Source: a virus
UHGV virus genome: UHGV-0425465
Direction: 5' to 3' (one strand)
DNA length: 41,610 nucleotides
In this document: positions 1 to 9,964 of the stretch, one piece after another
Layout of the letters: every line of letters begins with the position of its first letter
Position numbering within the stretch: the first letter of the stretch is position 1
Notes under the pieces: generated by a model
Database searches by the model: none
Seen by the model: only the letters and a program-made list of their open reading frames with translations
Told to the model about the DNA's origin: nothing
Position numbers and translations under genes: made by a program

Positions 1-520
1 CGGCGCCCAGCCTGGCAATAAGAACGCCACAGGGCCGCCGAAGAATAAGAACGCAGAAAAATACGGTTTCTTCAGCAAGTACCTGCCTGAGGGGACCGTT
101 TCCATTATCCAGGAGATGCCCACGGACCCGCTGGACATTCTCTGGGACCAGGTACAGATAGCCTATGCTGCAATCATCCGGGCGCAGTCCATCATGTATG
201 TGAGGGACCGGAATGATAAGACCATTGAGAAGGTGGGCCATAAGGATGGGGAGACGGTCACGGAGGAGCGCTGGGAGGTACAGCAGGCCTGGGACAAGCA
301 GGGAAATTTCCTGCAGGCGCAGGCCAGAGCCCAGAAAACGCTGGAGGGCCTTATCAAACAGTATGATGAGCTCCTGCATAAAAACTGGGAGCTGGCCAGT
401 GAGGAGCAGAAAGCAAGGATTGCACAGCTCCGGGCCCAGACGGATAAGCTAACCGGGAACAACCAGGAGCTGGAGGACATGGAGGAGATAGAGGGGGATA
501 TCTATGGCGGCAGTAAATAG
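1..520 (+). CDS. terS: Terminase small subunit, C-terminal part (5'-truncated by the window edge; continues from 41429..41610)
   Basis: Frame open from nt 2. GNKNATGPPKNKNAEKYGFF repeat motif typical of Firmicutes phage TerS. Sits immediately upstream of terL and overlaps it. Confidence 0.7.
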   Translation, partial: GAQPGNKNATGPPKNKNAEKYGFFSKYLPEGTVSIIQEMPTDPLDILWDQVQIAYAAIIRAQSIMYVRDRNDKTIEKVGHKDGETVTEERWEVQQAWDKQGNFLQAQARAQKTLEGLIKQYDELLHKNWELASEEQKARIAQLRAQTDKLTGNNQELEDMEEIEGDIYGGSK

Positions 521-1883
521 GTTTGTCAGGAAAAAGACCATCCCATTTAACTTTTCCGAGAAGCACAAGGATTATATACGTAGGTGCGAGGCCTGCATGT
601 ATAACGTGGCGGAGGGTGCGGTCCGTGCCGGCAAGACAGTGGATAACGTGTTTGCCTTCGCCCATGAGTTGAAAACCACACCGGACCGGATTCACCTGGC
701 TACCGGTTCCACTATGGCCAATGCGAAGCTTAACATTGGTGATGCCAATGGCTTTGGGCTTGAGTGGATATTCCGGGGGCAATGCCACTGGGGGAAGTAC
801 AAGGACAATGAGGCGCTGTTTATCAAGGGCCCGGACACAAGGGGAAAACAGAAGATAGTAATCTTTGCGGGAGCCGCCAAGGAAGATAGCTACAAGAAGA
901 TTCGTGGAAACTCCTACGGTATGTGGATTGCAACTGAGATTAACCTGCATCACGATAACACCATCAAGGAGGCATTCAACCGTCAGCTGGCTGCCCGGCG
1001 CCTGAAGGTGTTCTGGGACCTGAACCCTGATAACCCAAGGGCGCCCATCTATGCGGAGTATATAGACAAGTATCAGCGACAGGCGGATGCAGGGGACTTC
1101 CCGGGTGGATACAACTACATGCACTGCACCATCTACGATAACATCAACATCACCCCAGAGCGTCTGCGGGAGGTCGAAAGCCGGTATGATAAGAACAGTA
1201 TCTGGTACCTCCGGGACATCAAGGGAATGCGAGTGGTGGCCAATGGCCTTATCTATCGCCGGTTTGCTGATGATACAAGTACCAAGCAGTACACGTTCCG
1301 CCTGACAGATAAGCCCAAAGACATCATGGAGATTATCCTGGGGATTGACTTTGGCGGCAGTGGTTCCGGCCACGCCTTCACGGCCACAGCCATCACCAGG
1401 GGATACCATAACGTGGTTGCACTGGCATCAGAATGGATTGGTTGCAAGGATGAGAAGGGGAACCAGATAGAGATTGACCCCGAAATGCTGGGGACAATGT
1501 TCTGTAACTTCTGCCAGAAGATAATCAGCAGGCACGGGTACATCACAACAGTGTATGCAGACAGCGCAGAGCAGACGCTGATAGCTGGCATCCGGAGCAG
1601 CCTGCGTAAACATGGACTTGGGTGGGTCCGTGTAGAGAATGCCCTGAAAACTGAAATCAATGACAGGATTAACGCTACCGCCATCCTGATGGCCCAGGGG
1701 CGTTTTTATTATGTCCAGGGCGAGTGCCAGAGCCTTGTGGATGCATTGAGTACTGCAGTGTGGGACCCAAAGGAATTGACGAAGAATGTCCGGTTAGATG
1801 ATGGTACAAGCGATATTGACAGCCTGGACAGCTTTGAGTATACGTTTGAACGGCAGATTAGCAGGCTCATAAAGTATGGATAG
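504..1883 (+). CDS. terL: Terminase large subunit (PBSX/XtmB-like)
   Basis: 459 aa, ATPase N-terminus and nuclease C-terminus by length and position; directly precedes portal. Confidence 0.85.
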   Translation: MAAVNRFVRKKTIPFNFSEKHKDYIRRCEACMYNVAEGAVRAGKTVDNVFAFAHELKTTPDRIHLATGSTMANAKLNIGDANGFGLEWIFRGQCHWGKYKDNEALFIKGPDTRGKQKIVIFAGAAKEDSYKKIRGNSYGMWIATEINLHHDNTIKEAFNRQLAARRLKVFWDLNPDNPRAPIYAEYIDKYQRQADAGDFPGGYNYMHCTIYDNINITPERLREVESRYDKNSIWYLRDIKGMRVVANGLIYRRFADDTSTKQYTFRLTDKPKDIMEIILGIDFGGSGSGHAFTATAITRGYHNVVALASEWIGCKDEKGNQIEIDPEMLGTMFCNFCQKIISRHGYITTVYADSAEQTLIAGIRSSLRKHGLGWVRVENALKTEINDRINATAILMAQGRFYYVQGECQSLVDALSTAVWDPKELTKNVRLDDGTSDIDSLDSFEYTFERQISRLIKYG

Positions 1884-1897
1884 GAGGTGAGGGGACG

Positions 1898-3277
1898 ATG
1901 AGATTCACAAAGATGCTGGACTTAATCACGAATGTCCTGAATAAGGATGCGGACACGCAGGTGGATGTGTGCCTGACATCCCAGATGGCGAACCAGATAG
2001 AGTTGTGGACCCGGATGTATGAGAACCGGTCCCCCTGGGTGAATAACAAGGACGTGCTCAGTGCGAACTTAGCGCCGACCATTGCCTCAGAGATTGCGCG
2101 CCTGGTGACGCTGGAGCTCAAATCTGAGGTGACAGGTGGAACGGCGGCGGATTACCTGAATGAGCAGTATCAGCGTAAGGTGATCAAGGATTTGCGCCGG
2201 TATGTTGAATACGGATGTGCTAAAGGCGGACTGGTGATGAAGCCATACATTACCCAGCAGGGCATTGAGGTACAGTTCGTACAGGCAGACTGTTTCTTCC
2301 CATTGTCTTTCGATAGTTCCGGTCGGATTACGCAGTGTGTATTCACAGAGCAGTTCCGGAAGGGTCAGAAGATATACACCAGGCTGGAGGTACACACGCT
2401 GCAGGGAAAACGGGTACATATCACCAACCGTGCATTTGTGGCCACAAATGATTACAGCCTTGGCAGCGAAGTGGTGGTCAGTTCCATAGACAGGTGGTCG
2501 GAGCTGGTTCCGGAGCTGCTGCTTGAGGGGGCAGACCGGTTGCTGTTTGGGTACTTTAAGGTACCGTTGGCCAATGCGGACGATTCAGACAGCCCACTGG
2601 GCGTATCTGTGTTTTCCAGGGCCGTGGACCTGATCCGGGAAGCAGACAGGCGCTATTCCAACATCTGCTGGGAGTATGAGGGGACACAGCTGGCTGTCCA
2701 TATTGCCACCTCCCTGCTAAAGTACAACCAGGACCGGGACAAGTTTGAGTATCCGGGAGGTAAGGAACGGTTATACCGAAACGTGGAATACGATACAGGC
2801 GCCGCGGATAAGCCTTTCATTGACACCTTCAGCCCAGAAATAAGGGACACGGCCCTATTCAACGGCTTTAACAACCAGCTGAAGCTGGTGGAGTTCAACT
2901 GCAACTTGGCCTACGGTACCCTGTCAGATCCACAGAGTGTGGATAAGACCGCCACTGAGATTAAGACCAGCAGGCAGCGCTCCTATGTGATGGTGTCCGA
3001 TACCCAGATGGCATTACAGGATGCCCTGGAGGACCTGGTGTATGCCATGAGTTTCTGGGCGGCACTGTATGGCTTAATTCCAGCCGGCAGTGACTATGAG
3101 GTGTCATCTGATTGGGACGACAGCGTGATCGTAGATGCGGAACTGGAGCGTCAGACAGACCGGGCTGATGTAGCAATGGGCGTAATGTCCCTGGCAGAAT
3201 ACAGGGCCAAGTGGTACGGCGAAACCCTGGAGGAGGCAGCCAAGAACCTGCCGGAACCAGCATTGACGGAGGAGTGA
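1898..3277 (+). CDS. Portal protein (SPP1 gp6-like)
   Basis: 459 aa following terL; RBS GGAGGTGAGG. Confidence 0.8.
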   Translation: MRFTKMLDLITNVLNKDADTQVDVCLTSQMANQIELWTRMYENRSPWVNNKDVLSANLAPTIASEIARLVTLELKSEVTGGTAADYLNEQYQRKVIKDLRRYVEYGCAKGGLVMKPYITQQGIEVQFVQADCFFPLSFDSSGRITQCVFTEQFRKGQKIYTRLEVHTLQGKRVHITNRAFVATNDYSLGSEVVVSSIDRWSELVPELLLEGADRLLFGYFKVPLANADDSDSPLGVSVFSRAVDLIREADRRYSNICWEYEGTQLAVHIATSLLKYNQDRDKFEYPGGKERLYRNVEYDTGAADKPFIDTFSPEIRDTALFNGFNNQLKLVEFNCNLAYGTLSDPQSVDKTATEIKTSRQRSYVMVSDTQMALQDALEDLVYAMSFWAALYGLIPAGSDYEVSSDWDDSVIVDAELERQTDRADVAMGVMSLAEYRAKWYGETLEEAAKNLPEPALTEE

Positions 3278-3281
3278 GGAT

Positions 3282-3551
3282 ATGAAGTTAAAAGATCTAT
3301 GGGTCAGGATAGGGAATATAAAAGTATCATCAAAGGACATGACTAAATTATCGCTTGAATGTGGGAAAGCAGTAATAGAGTATAATGAACCAAATACACC
3401 GGAGGGGGCGTCAAAGTTTTCCAGGCTTGTATGCCGTCCAAGCGAAGTTGTATTTATATGTCCATACGAGGCTAGTGAAGGACATAGAGATATCACAGGG
3501 AGTGTGACCAAGACTACGTTTTGTACGAAGGAATGCCCTTATGACACCTGA
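3282..3551 (+). CDS. Small Cys-rich hypothetical protein (AT-rich insert in head module)
   Basis: 89 aa with 5 Cys; RBS GGAGTGAGGA; visibly lower GC than flanking genes. Confidence 0.5.
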   Translation: MKLKDLWVRIGNIKVSSKDMTKLSLECGKAVIEYNEPNTPEGASKFSRLVCRPSEVVFICPYEASEGHRDITGSVTKTTFCTKECPYDT

Positions 3552-5295
3552 GGAACTGGAGAAGCTGCCAAAACCATTGGAGCGCACCATGACGGCTCTG
3601 GAGCTGTCCGTCATGGATGAAATCATACAGCGCATTCAGGCGGCTGCTCAGATAACTCCGCTCATTGACTGGCTGTTGGTGAGGATGGATGCCATTGGAG
3701 CAGGCCGGGCGCGAATCAAACAGCTGATAGGTGAGGGCATCAGAAAGGCGGGTCTTCAGGTGGATGACATCTATGAACAGGCGGTCAAGTCTGACTACAT
3801 TCGCAACAAGGCAATCTATGAGGCTGCTGGCAAGGACTACCAGCCCTATGAGGACAACCAATGGCTGCAGCAAGTCGTGGATGCTGCCAGGAGGCAGACC
3901 AAGGGCAGCCTGCGGTCGCTGGAAAACATCACTCAGACCACGGGCTTCAACGTGTCGATGGGCGGCGGCCAGAAGGTATTCACGCCGCTATCCGAATACC
4001 TGGAGCGCAGCCTGGACAAGGCCATGCTGGGAATTACCACTGGCACCAGGACGTACAGCCAGGCCATTGGTGAGGTGATTGACGAGATGACGGCCAGCGG
4101 CATCCGGACGGTGGATTATGCATCTGGAAAGTCCGACCGGATTGAGGTGGCAGCAAGGCGCGCGGTGATGACGGGCGTGGCCCAGATGACCAAGCAGGTC
4201 AGCGATAGGAATGCCGAGGAGCTGGGGACGGACCATTGGGAAGTGGATTGGCACATGGGTGCACGTAACACTGGGACCGGATACCTTAATCACCAGAGTT
4301 GGCAGGGAAAGGTCTACAGTTCGGAGGAGATGCGGACAGTTTGCGGCGAGGGCGAGATGCTTGGATTTGCAGGGATTAACTGCTATCATATCAAGTTTCC
4401 TTTCCTTCTTGGAATCAGCAAGCGCAAGTACACGGATGCGTGGCTGAAAGAACAGAACCGGCGGGAAAATGAAAAGAGGGTATATAGAGGCCGGGATTAT
4501 GACACATATGCGGCATTACAGCATCAGCGCCGCCTGGAACGTACCATCCGGAAGCAGAAGCAGGATGTGGAGCTGCTGGAGAAGGCTGGAGCTGACAAGG
4601 AAGATATCACGGCGGCTAAGTGCCGGTTGCGGCTGACCAACAAGACCTATGTGGATTTCTCTAAGGAGATGGGGCTGCGGCAGCAGCGTGAACGGTTGAG
4701 GGTGCCAAAGGATATAGTTGCAGGGGATATCAAAGATGATATAATAAAAGAGATAAGACTTCCAAATGAAGCCTTGGACGCAAAGAATATTACCCCAGAT
4801 ATAGTAGATGAAATCCAATCGGGAATAGACGAAATGAAACGGGAATATGACTTTCGGATTGACCGGGCGTTAGTGCAGGATGTAAGTGACAGATACCCTG
4901 ACACCCCATACCTGACAAGGGTAGTTGATAATCATGGGTCAAGGGAAGTTGAGTTCGTGATTAATAAAGGCTATAATTTCTCTGATTTCAGAAGAATCGT
5001 GAAGACTGGTTATGAGACCGGATACTTTGCCGGCCGCACCATCGAGGACCATGCTATCCATGAAATGACCCACGTAATGGCAGGCCAACAGTTTAAAACT
5101 ATTTCTGGTTACAATGCCTTCAAAGAGCGATTGGAAAGTCAATATGTTCCAGGGGTATCTGGATATTCGGACGCCATGAAGGATGGATTTGAAACCTTGG
5201 CTGAAGCATTTGTGAGGATGAGGAATAATGAGTACGTCCCGTATGATGCTAAACAATTAGTTATAAAACATATTGAAAGGTGGCGAAAACAGTGA
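3541..5295 (+). CDS. Minor head morphogenesis protein (MuF / SPP1 gp7 family) with an extra C-terminal domain carrying HEMTH (HExxH)
   Basis: 584 aa; placed after portal; central MuF-like region (DHWEVDWHMGARNTG); coiled-coil linker; C-terminal about 150 aa with AIHEMTHVMAG. Confidence 0.7.
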   Translation: MTPEELEKLPKPLERTMTALELSVMDEIIQRIQAAAQITPLIDWLLVRMDAIGAGRARIKQLIGEGIRKAGLQVDDIYEQAVKSDYIRNKAIYEAAGKDYQPYEDNQWLQQVVDAARRQTKGSLRSLENITQTTGFNVSMGGGQKVFTPLSEYLERSLDKAMLGITTGTRTYSQAIGEVIDEMTASGIRTVDYASGKSDRIEVAARRAVMTGVAQMTKQVSDRNAEELGTDHWEVDWHMGARNTGTGYLNHQSWQGKVYSSEEMRTVCGEGEMLGFAGINCYHIKFPFLLGISKRKYTDAWLKEQNRRENEKRVYRGRDYDTYAALQHQRRLERTIRKQKQDVELLEKAGADKEDITAAKCRLRLTNKTYVDFSKEMGLRQQRERLRVPKDIVAGDIKDDIIKEIRLPNEALDAKNITPDIVDEIQSGIDEMKREYDFRIDRALVQDVSDRYPDTPYLTRVVDNHGSREVEFVINKGYNFSDFRRIVKTGYETGYFAGRTIEDHAIHEMTHVMAGQQFKTISGYNAFKERLESQYVPGVSGYSDAMKDGFETLAEAFVRMRNNEYVPYDAKQLVIKHIERWRKQ

Positions 5296-5574
5296 TTGTG
5301 ATTCCTATATGCCTAAAATGTGAATATTGTGAAAAGGGTATGAAATGCAGGGTATATCCGCAAGGCATACCTAGGGAAGTTGTATTGGCTCAAAAGCCGC
5401 CTGGGGATATATGTAAGGATTATAAATACAAACGGGAGAGTGAAGCATCTGATTAGTCAGGTGCTTTTATTATGCTTAAAAATCGGTCAGAAGATAAGAC
5501 CTAAAACAGTCAGCCGTTGGTGGATGGTTACACACCTACAAATAACCTAAGGACGGGCAGGAAAGGAAAAGAAG

Positions 5575-6108
5575 ATGAAGACAGAGGATTTGCAGGCAAA
5601 AGGATTGTCACAGGAACAGATTGATTATGTCATGGCCGAATACGGAAAGGACGTCAACGGGATTAAGCAGGAAAGGGATACCTATAAGTCCCAGCTTTCC
5701 GCAGCACAAGCTACCCTTAAGAGCTTTGAAGGCGTAAACATATCGGAGCTCCAGGGGAAGATACAGACCCTGACGGCAGACTTGGCCAACAAGGATGCTG
5801 AGTACCAAAAGCGGCTGGCGGAACGTGATTTTAACGACCTTCTGAAATCCACAGCGGAAGGCTTCAAGCCCAGGGACATTAAAGCTGTTATGCCTTTCTT
5901 GGATGTGGATAAGCTGAAAGCCAGCAAGAACCAGGAATCGGATATCAAGGCAGCCCTGGAAATAGTCAAAAAGGAAAAGGGCTATCTGTTTCAGGACGTC
6001 AGTATTCCCCGGGTGGTTGCGCCTACTCCTGGGCCTGGTGGTGAGAAAACAGATGACACAAGGACACAAGCAAACAATGCCTTAAGAAGTCTTTTAGGCA
6101 GAGAATAG
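5575..6108 (+). CDS. Scaffolding protein
   Basis: 177 aa, helical and charged, immediately upstream of the major capsid gene. Confidence 0.7.
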   Translation: MKTEDLQAKGLSQEQIDYVMAEYGKDVNGIKQERDTYKSQLSAAQATLKSFEGVNISELQGKIQTLTADLANKDAEYQKRLAERDFNDLLKSTAEGFKPRDIKAVMPFLDVDKLKASKNQESDIKAALEIVKKEKGYLFQDVSIPRVVAPTPGPGGEKTDDTRTQANNALRSLLGRE

Positions 6109-6121
6109 GAGGTAAAAGAAT

Positions 6122-7312
6122 ATGCCAGTAAATATTACAAGCAGGGCCGACGCGGAGGCCATTATCCGTGAGCAGGTTATTTCAACTATTTTCCAGGACG
6201 CGCCGAAGCAGTCTACTTTCATGTCCCTGGCACGGAAGCTGCCGAACATGACAAGCAACCAGACCCGGATGAGGGTACTTGACTTCCTTCCGACCGCATA
6301 TTGGGTGGATGGGGATACTGGCATGAAACAGACAACCAGGCAGGCTTGGGATAACGTATTCATCGAGGCTGCGGAACTGGCAGTCATCGTGCCGATTCCT
6401 GAGGCAGTGCTGGATGATGCGGAGTTCGACATCTTCGGTGAGATTACACCGAGGGTCAACGAGGCAATCGGCCAGCGCGTGGACAGCGCAATCATCTTCG
6501 GTGTGAACCGCCCGCGTAACTGGCAGAATGACATCATCACGCTGGCCAGGCAGGCGGGTAACAACGTGGCTGTGGGTTCCGGTCCGGATTATTATAATCT
6601 GCTTCTGGGCGAAGGCGGCGTCATCTCCAAGGTGGAGGAAGATGGTTTTATGGCAACTGGAGCGTTGGCAGCCATGAGTATGAGAGCGAAGTTGAGAGGA
6701 ATCCGGGCAACGGACGGCAGCCTTATTTTCAAGTCTGACATGCAGGGTTCCACAAATTACGCATTGGACGGCGCGCCGATGTATTTCCCACAGAATGGGG
6801 CCTACGATAACACCATTGCACAGCTGATTGTTGGTGATTTCAAGCAGGCGGTGTATTCCATCCGTCAGGATGTGACAGTAAAGATTCTGGACCAGGGTGT
6901 CATTCAGGACCCGACAACGAAAGAAATCGTCTACAACCTGGCGCAGCAGGATATGGTTGCCCTGCGTATTGTATTCCGGATGGGGTGGGCGCTTCCGAAT
7001 CCGGCAACCAGGATGGATGAGGACCGTGTTGGCTGTCCATTTGCATACCTGGAGCCGACAAGCCCGACAACTACGCAGAAGGTAACATTCACAGTTAAGG
7101 ACAATGCGGAAGTACCGGTGGCCATTGATGGAGCAATTGTGGACGTGAACGGTTCTAGGGTTAAGACAGACGCGTCCGGCGTGGCAGAGTTTAACCTCCG
7201 CGCGGGAACATATCCAGCAAAGATTAAAAAATCAGGCTACAGCCAGGTTACCGAGACAGTGACTGTAGCAGGTGAAGCAGTAACAAAGGACGTAACCCTC
7301 ATCAAGCAGTAA
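6122..7312 (+). CDS. Major capsid protein (HK97 fold) with a C-terminal prealbumin/CarboxypepD_reg-like domain
   Basis: 396 aa after scaffold; the C-terminal about 85 aa (TFTVKDNAEVPVAIDGAIVDVNGSRVKTDASGVAEFNLRAGTYPAKIKKSGY) matches the carboxypeptidase-regulatory / Ig-like pattern. Confidence 0.75.
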   Translation: MPVNITSRADAEAIIREQVISTIFQDAPKQSTFMSLARKLPNMTSNQTRMRVLDFLPTAYWVDGDTGMKQTTRQAWDNVFIEAAELAVIVPIPEAVLDDAEFDIFGEITPRVNEAIGQRVDSAIIFGVNRPRNWQNDIITLARQAGNNVAVGSGPDYYNLLLGEGGVISKVEEDGFMATGALAAMSMRAKLRGIRATDGSLIFKSDMQGSTNYALDGAPMYFPQNGAYDNTIAQLIVGDFKQAVYSIRQDVTVKILDQGVIQDPTTKEIVYNLAQQDMVALRIVFRMGWALPNPATRMDEDRVGCPFAYLEPTSPTTTQKVTFTVKDNAEVPVAIDGAIVDVNGSRVKTDASGVAEFNLRAGTYPAKIKKSGYSQVTETVTVAGEAVTKDVTLIKQ

Positions 7313-7325
7313 GGAGGCAGGCACG

Positions 7326-7697
7326 ATGCAGGCTTATACTGACGAAATGTACTATATCAACGATTATCTGAAGGGAATGAAGCCGGTTATCACATCTGGC
7401 TTCCTTTTTTACGCCCAGTCTGCCAGCCAGGTCATTGACCGGTATACGTTCAGCCGTCTGAAAAATGTAGTGGAGATACCGGAGGCAGTGCAGATGTGCT
7501 GCTGCGAACTGGCTGAGTCTGAGTACCGTAGGGAGAAGCAGCAGAAGGAGGCCGGCGGGAAAACATCGGAGAAGATTGGTACTTATTCAGTCGGCTTTGC
7601 CAGCGCCCAGGAATCCGCCACGGCAATAAGCAGGGAACAGCGCGGCATTGTCATGAAGTGGCTGGCAGATACCGGCCTGTGTTACCAGGGAGTGTGA
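7326..7697 (+). CDS. Head-tail connector (gp6/gp15-like)
   Basis: 123 aa directly after MCP; typical size and position. Confidence 0.55.
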   Translation: MQAYTDEMYYINDYLKGMKPVITSGFLFYAQSASQVIDRYTFSRLKNVVEIPEAVQMCCCELAESEYRREKQQKEAGGKTSEKIGTYSVGFASAQESATAISREQRGIVMKWLADTGLCYQGV

Positions 7698-7698
7698 T

Positions 7699-8079
7699 AT
7701 GTATACCAATGCGGATGTGACGCTGTACTTGTACAGCAAGGAAGGAAAGGCCGAGAGATACACCAGGATGCCCATAGAAGGTGTGTACTGGGAGGACGTG
7801 AGGCAGTCCACCTATCTTAAGACTGGCCAGAGGGACGGCACATCCGTCCTCCTGGTCATACCTTTAGAAAGCATGGACGGCCCAATAAAACTGACACAGG
7901 GCAAGGACCTGGCCGTCAAGGGTATTATTGAGGATGAAATAGATTGCAGCAGTCCGGAAACCATGTCAAAGTCCCTGGCCGCACTTAAGTCCACCCACGG
8001 TTTCATGACGGTGGTCACGGTGGATGAGCGGCTGTATGGCAGTGAGTCAGTACAGCATTATGAGTTGGCATGTAAGTAG
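7699..8079 (+). CDS. Head-tail adaptor / head closure protein (putative)
   Basis: 126 aa, position in connector cluster. Confidence 0.45.
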   Translation: MYTNADVTLYLYSKEGKAERYTRMPIEGVYWEDVRQSTYLKTGQRDGTSVLLVIPLESMDGPIKLTQGKDLAVKGIIEDEIDCSSPETMSKSLAALKSTHGFMTVVTVDERLYGSESVQHYELACK

Positions 8080-8090
8080 GAGGTGGGACT

Positions 8091-8513
8091 GTGGATGTAA
8101 AACTGGATATGTTGTCTACAGAGGAATTGCTTAGGCGTAATGGGCTTGAAGTTGGTGGAAATGTCCAGAAGCTGGTGGATTCGGAGACCATGCGGTATAT
8201 GAGTGACTACATGCCTCGCAGACAGGCAGGAGAGCTGGAACACATGATGGTTATGGCCACGGTGATTGGTTCCGGTCAGATTGACATACCAGGTCCTTAT
8301 GCCCATTATCTGCATGAAGGCATCCTATATGTATCACCGACAACAGGCAGCGCCTGGGCGAAGAAGAACGAGATTAAGGTTCCCACGGACCGGGAGTTGA
8401 CCTATGCCGGTGCCCCTATGCGGGGCAAAAAGTGGTTTGACCGGATGAAGGCTGACCATAAGGATGATATCCTGCAGGCTGCCCAAGCATTGATAGATAG
8501 AGGAGGGAAGTAA
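8091..8513 (+). CDS. Head-tail joining / minor capsid protein (HK97 gp10-like, putative)
   Basis: 140 aa, GTG start after RBS AGGAGGTGGG; YAHYLHEG motif. Confidence 0.45.
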   Translation: MDVKLDMLSTEELLRRNGLEVGGNVQKLVDSETMRYMSDYMPRRQAGELEHMMVMATVIGSGQIDIPGPYAHYLHEGILYVSPTTGSAWAKKNEIKVPTDRELTYAGAPMRGKKWFDRMKADHKDDILQAAQALIDRGGK

Positions 8514-8966
8514 TTGACAATCATAGATTTCATGAGGCAGAAACTGACAGAATATCCAAAGATATCAGAATTCCTGACAGACAGCGATATCCATGTGGAC
8601 TTCACTGAACCGGACTCCAGTTATGGCCTGTCCAGCAATGGTGACAGCCTGGTCAAGGAGGATATGCTGGGGAACCAGACCCGCCGGCACAACTTCTCCA
8701 TGTATGCTGTGGCGCCATCCTTTACGGATTACTGCCGCCTGGCCAACAGCAATTTTCTCTTGGAACTTGGCTACTGGCTGGAACAGCTGCCTGAAGAGGG
8801 TGGCCTTATTGCCAATATCGGAGGGCGGGAAATGGAAGCAAGGTTCCTGAAGGCCACCACATCCAATGCAATGGCCATGCAGCCCATGGGTGAGACAGTT
8901 AACGATGGGATCCTGTACCAGATACAGATACAGGTGACCTACAAAATAGAAAGCGAGGACTTGTAA
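8514..8966 (+). CDS. Tail completion protein (putative)
   Basis: 150 aa, TTG start with GAGGAGGG RBS; position before the major tail gene. Confidence 0.4.
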   Translation: MTIIDFMRQKLTEYPKISEFLTDSDIHVDFTEPDSSYGLSSNGDSLVKEDMLGNQTRRHNFSMYAVAPSFTDYCRLANSNFLLELGYWLEQLPEEGGLIANIGGREMEARFLKATTSNAMAMQPMGETVNDGILYQIQIQVTYKIESEDL

Positions 8967-9499
8967 TGCACAAAATGGAACTGCAGCTGTTCGCGGAATC
9001 AATCCCTGCAGCTGGAAAAATTAAAAGGAAATGGATGGCACATTATATTGATGCTGCCCTCCCATCTGCCAGCAAGGCTGAGTACAGCCGCCTGGGCAAG
9101 GACCTGGAAGAGTACGTTGTAGAAATGAATGCCAATGTGGAAACCAAAAACAATATCTGGGGAGAGACATCCGTCAACCTGGACAGCTACCAGCCCCAGG
9201 CATCCGCCGACCCGTATTATGCTGAGATTGGGGAGCCGTTATTTGACCGTCTGCAGGCAATCGTGGACGAACGGCAGACGCTGGATGACCTTAAGACCAG
9301 TGTGGTGGAGGTACATCTCTGGGAACCAGTTGAATCAGCGGAAGGTACCTATGTGGCGTATAAGGAAGATGCAATCATTGAAGTATCCAGTTATGGCGGG
9401 GATACTACGGGATACCAGATTCCATTCAATGTTCATCATACTGGAAACAGGGTTAAGGGTAAGTTTGTACTTGCCACAAAGACGTTCACTGCTAATTAA
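8966..9499 (+). CDS. Major tail protein (tail tube)
   Basis: 177 aa; precedes the tail chaperone pair and tape measure. Confidence 0.6.
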   Translation: MHKMELQLFAESIPAAGKIKRKWMAHYIDAALPSASKAEYSRLGKDLEEYVVEMNANVETKNNIWGETSVNLDSYQPQASADPYYAEIGEPLFDRLQAIVDERQTLDDLKTSVVEVHLWEPVESAEGTYVAYKEDAIIEVSSYGGDTTGYQIPFNVHHTGNRVKGKFVLATKTFTAN

Positions 9500-9514
9500 G
9501 GAGGGGTAATAACA

Positions 9515-9964
9515 TTGAGAAGTATTAATTTTGATGATGGACTTAAGTCATTTGCAATCAATGGGGATGAATCCAGGGTAATCAGGTTCAACCCTGGGGA
9601 CCTGAACATGAAGGTCCGGGCAAAAGAAGCTGTTAAACGGATTTCGGACTGGCAGGCAAAGATAGAGGATATCAAGCTGAATACAGACGGAACACCGGTA
9701 AATGATGATGGAGGGGCATCGGACGCCCTTGAGGGTTTTGATGCCATGCTCCGCCGTGAACTGAACCATATCTTCAACGCGGATGTCTATGACATTGTGT
9801 TCAATGGGCAATCTCCCCTGTGTATTGTTGGAAAGGAGGAGAAATGTTTCCTTTTTGAGGCCTTCCTGTCTCCTGCCATGCAGATAATAGAGGAGGAGAT
9901 AGATGCGTTTGCGAGGGATAGCCAGGCACGCGTGGATAAATATACAGCAGGGTATCATAAATGA
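9515..9964 (+). CDS. Tail assembly chaperone (gpG-like)
   Basis: 149 aa; LKSFAINGDESRVIRFNPGD motif typical of siphovirus chaperones; acidic C-terminus. Confidence 0.65.
   Translation: MRSINFDDGLKSFAINGDESRVIRFNPGDLNMKVRAKEAVKRISDWQAKIEDIKLNTDGTPVNDDGGASDALEGFDAMLRRELNHIFNADVYDIVFNGQSPLCIVGKEEKCFLFEAFLSPAMQIIEEEIDAFARDSQARVDKYTAGYHK

Noticed and set aside
354-1409. 351-aa minus-strand ORF overlapping terL
   Set aside because: Antisense to a confidently identified terminase gene; Pro/Gly-rich low-complexity translation typical of a spurious ORF.
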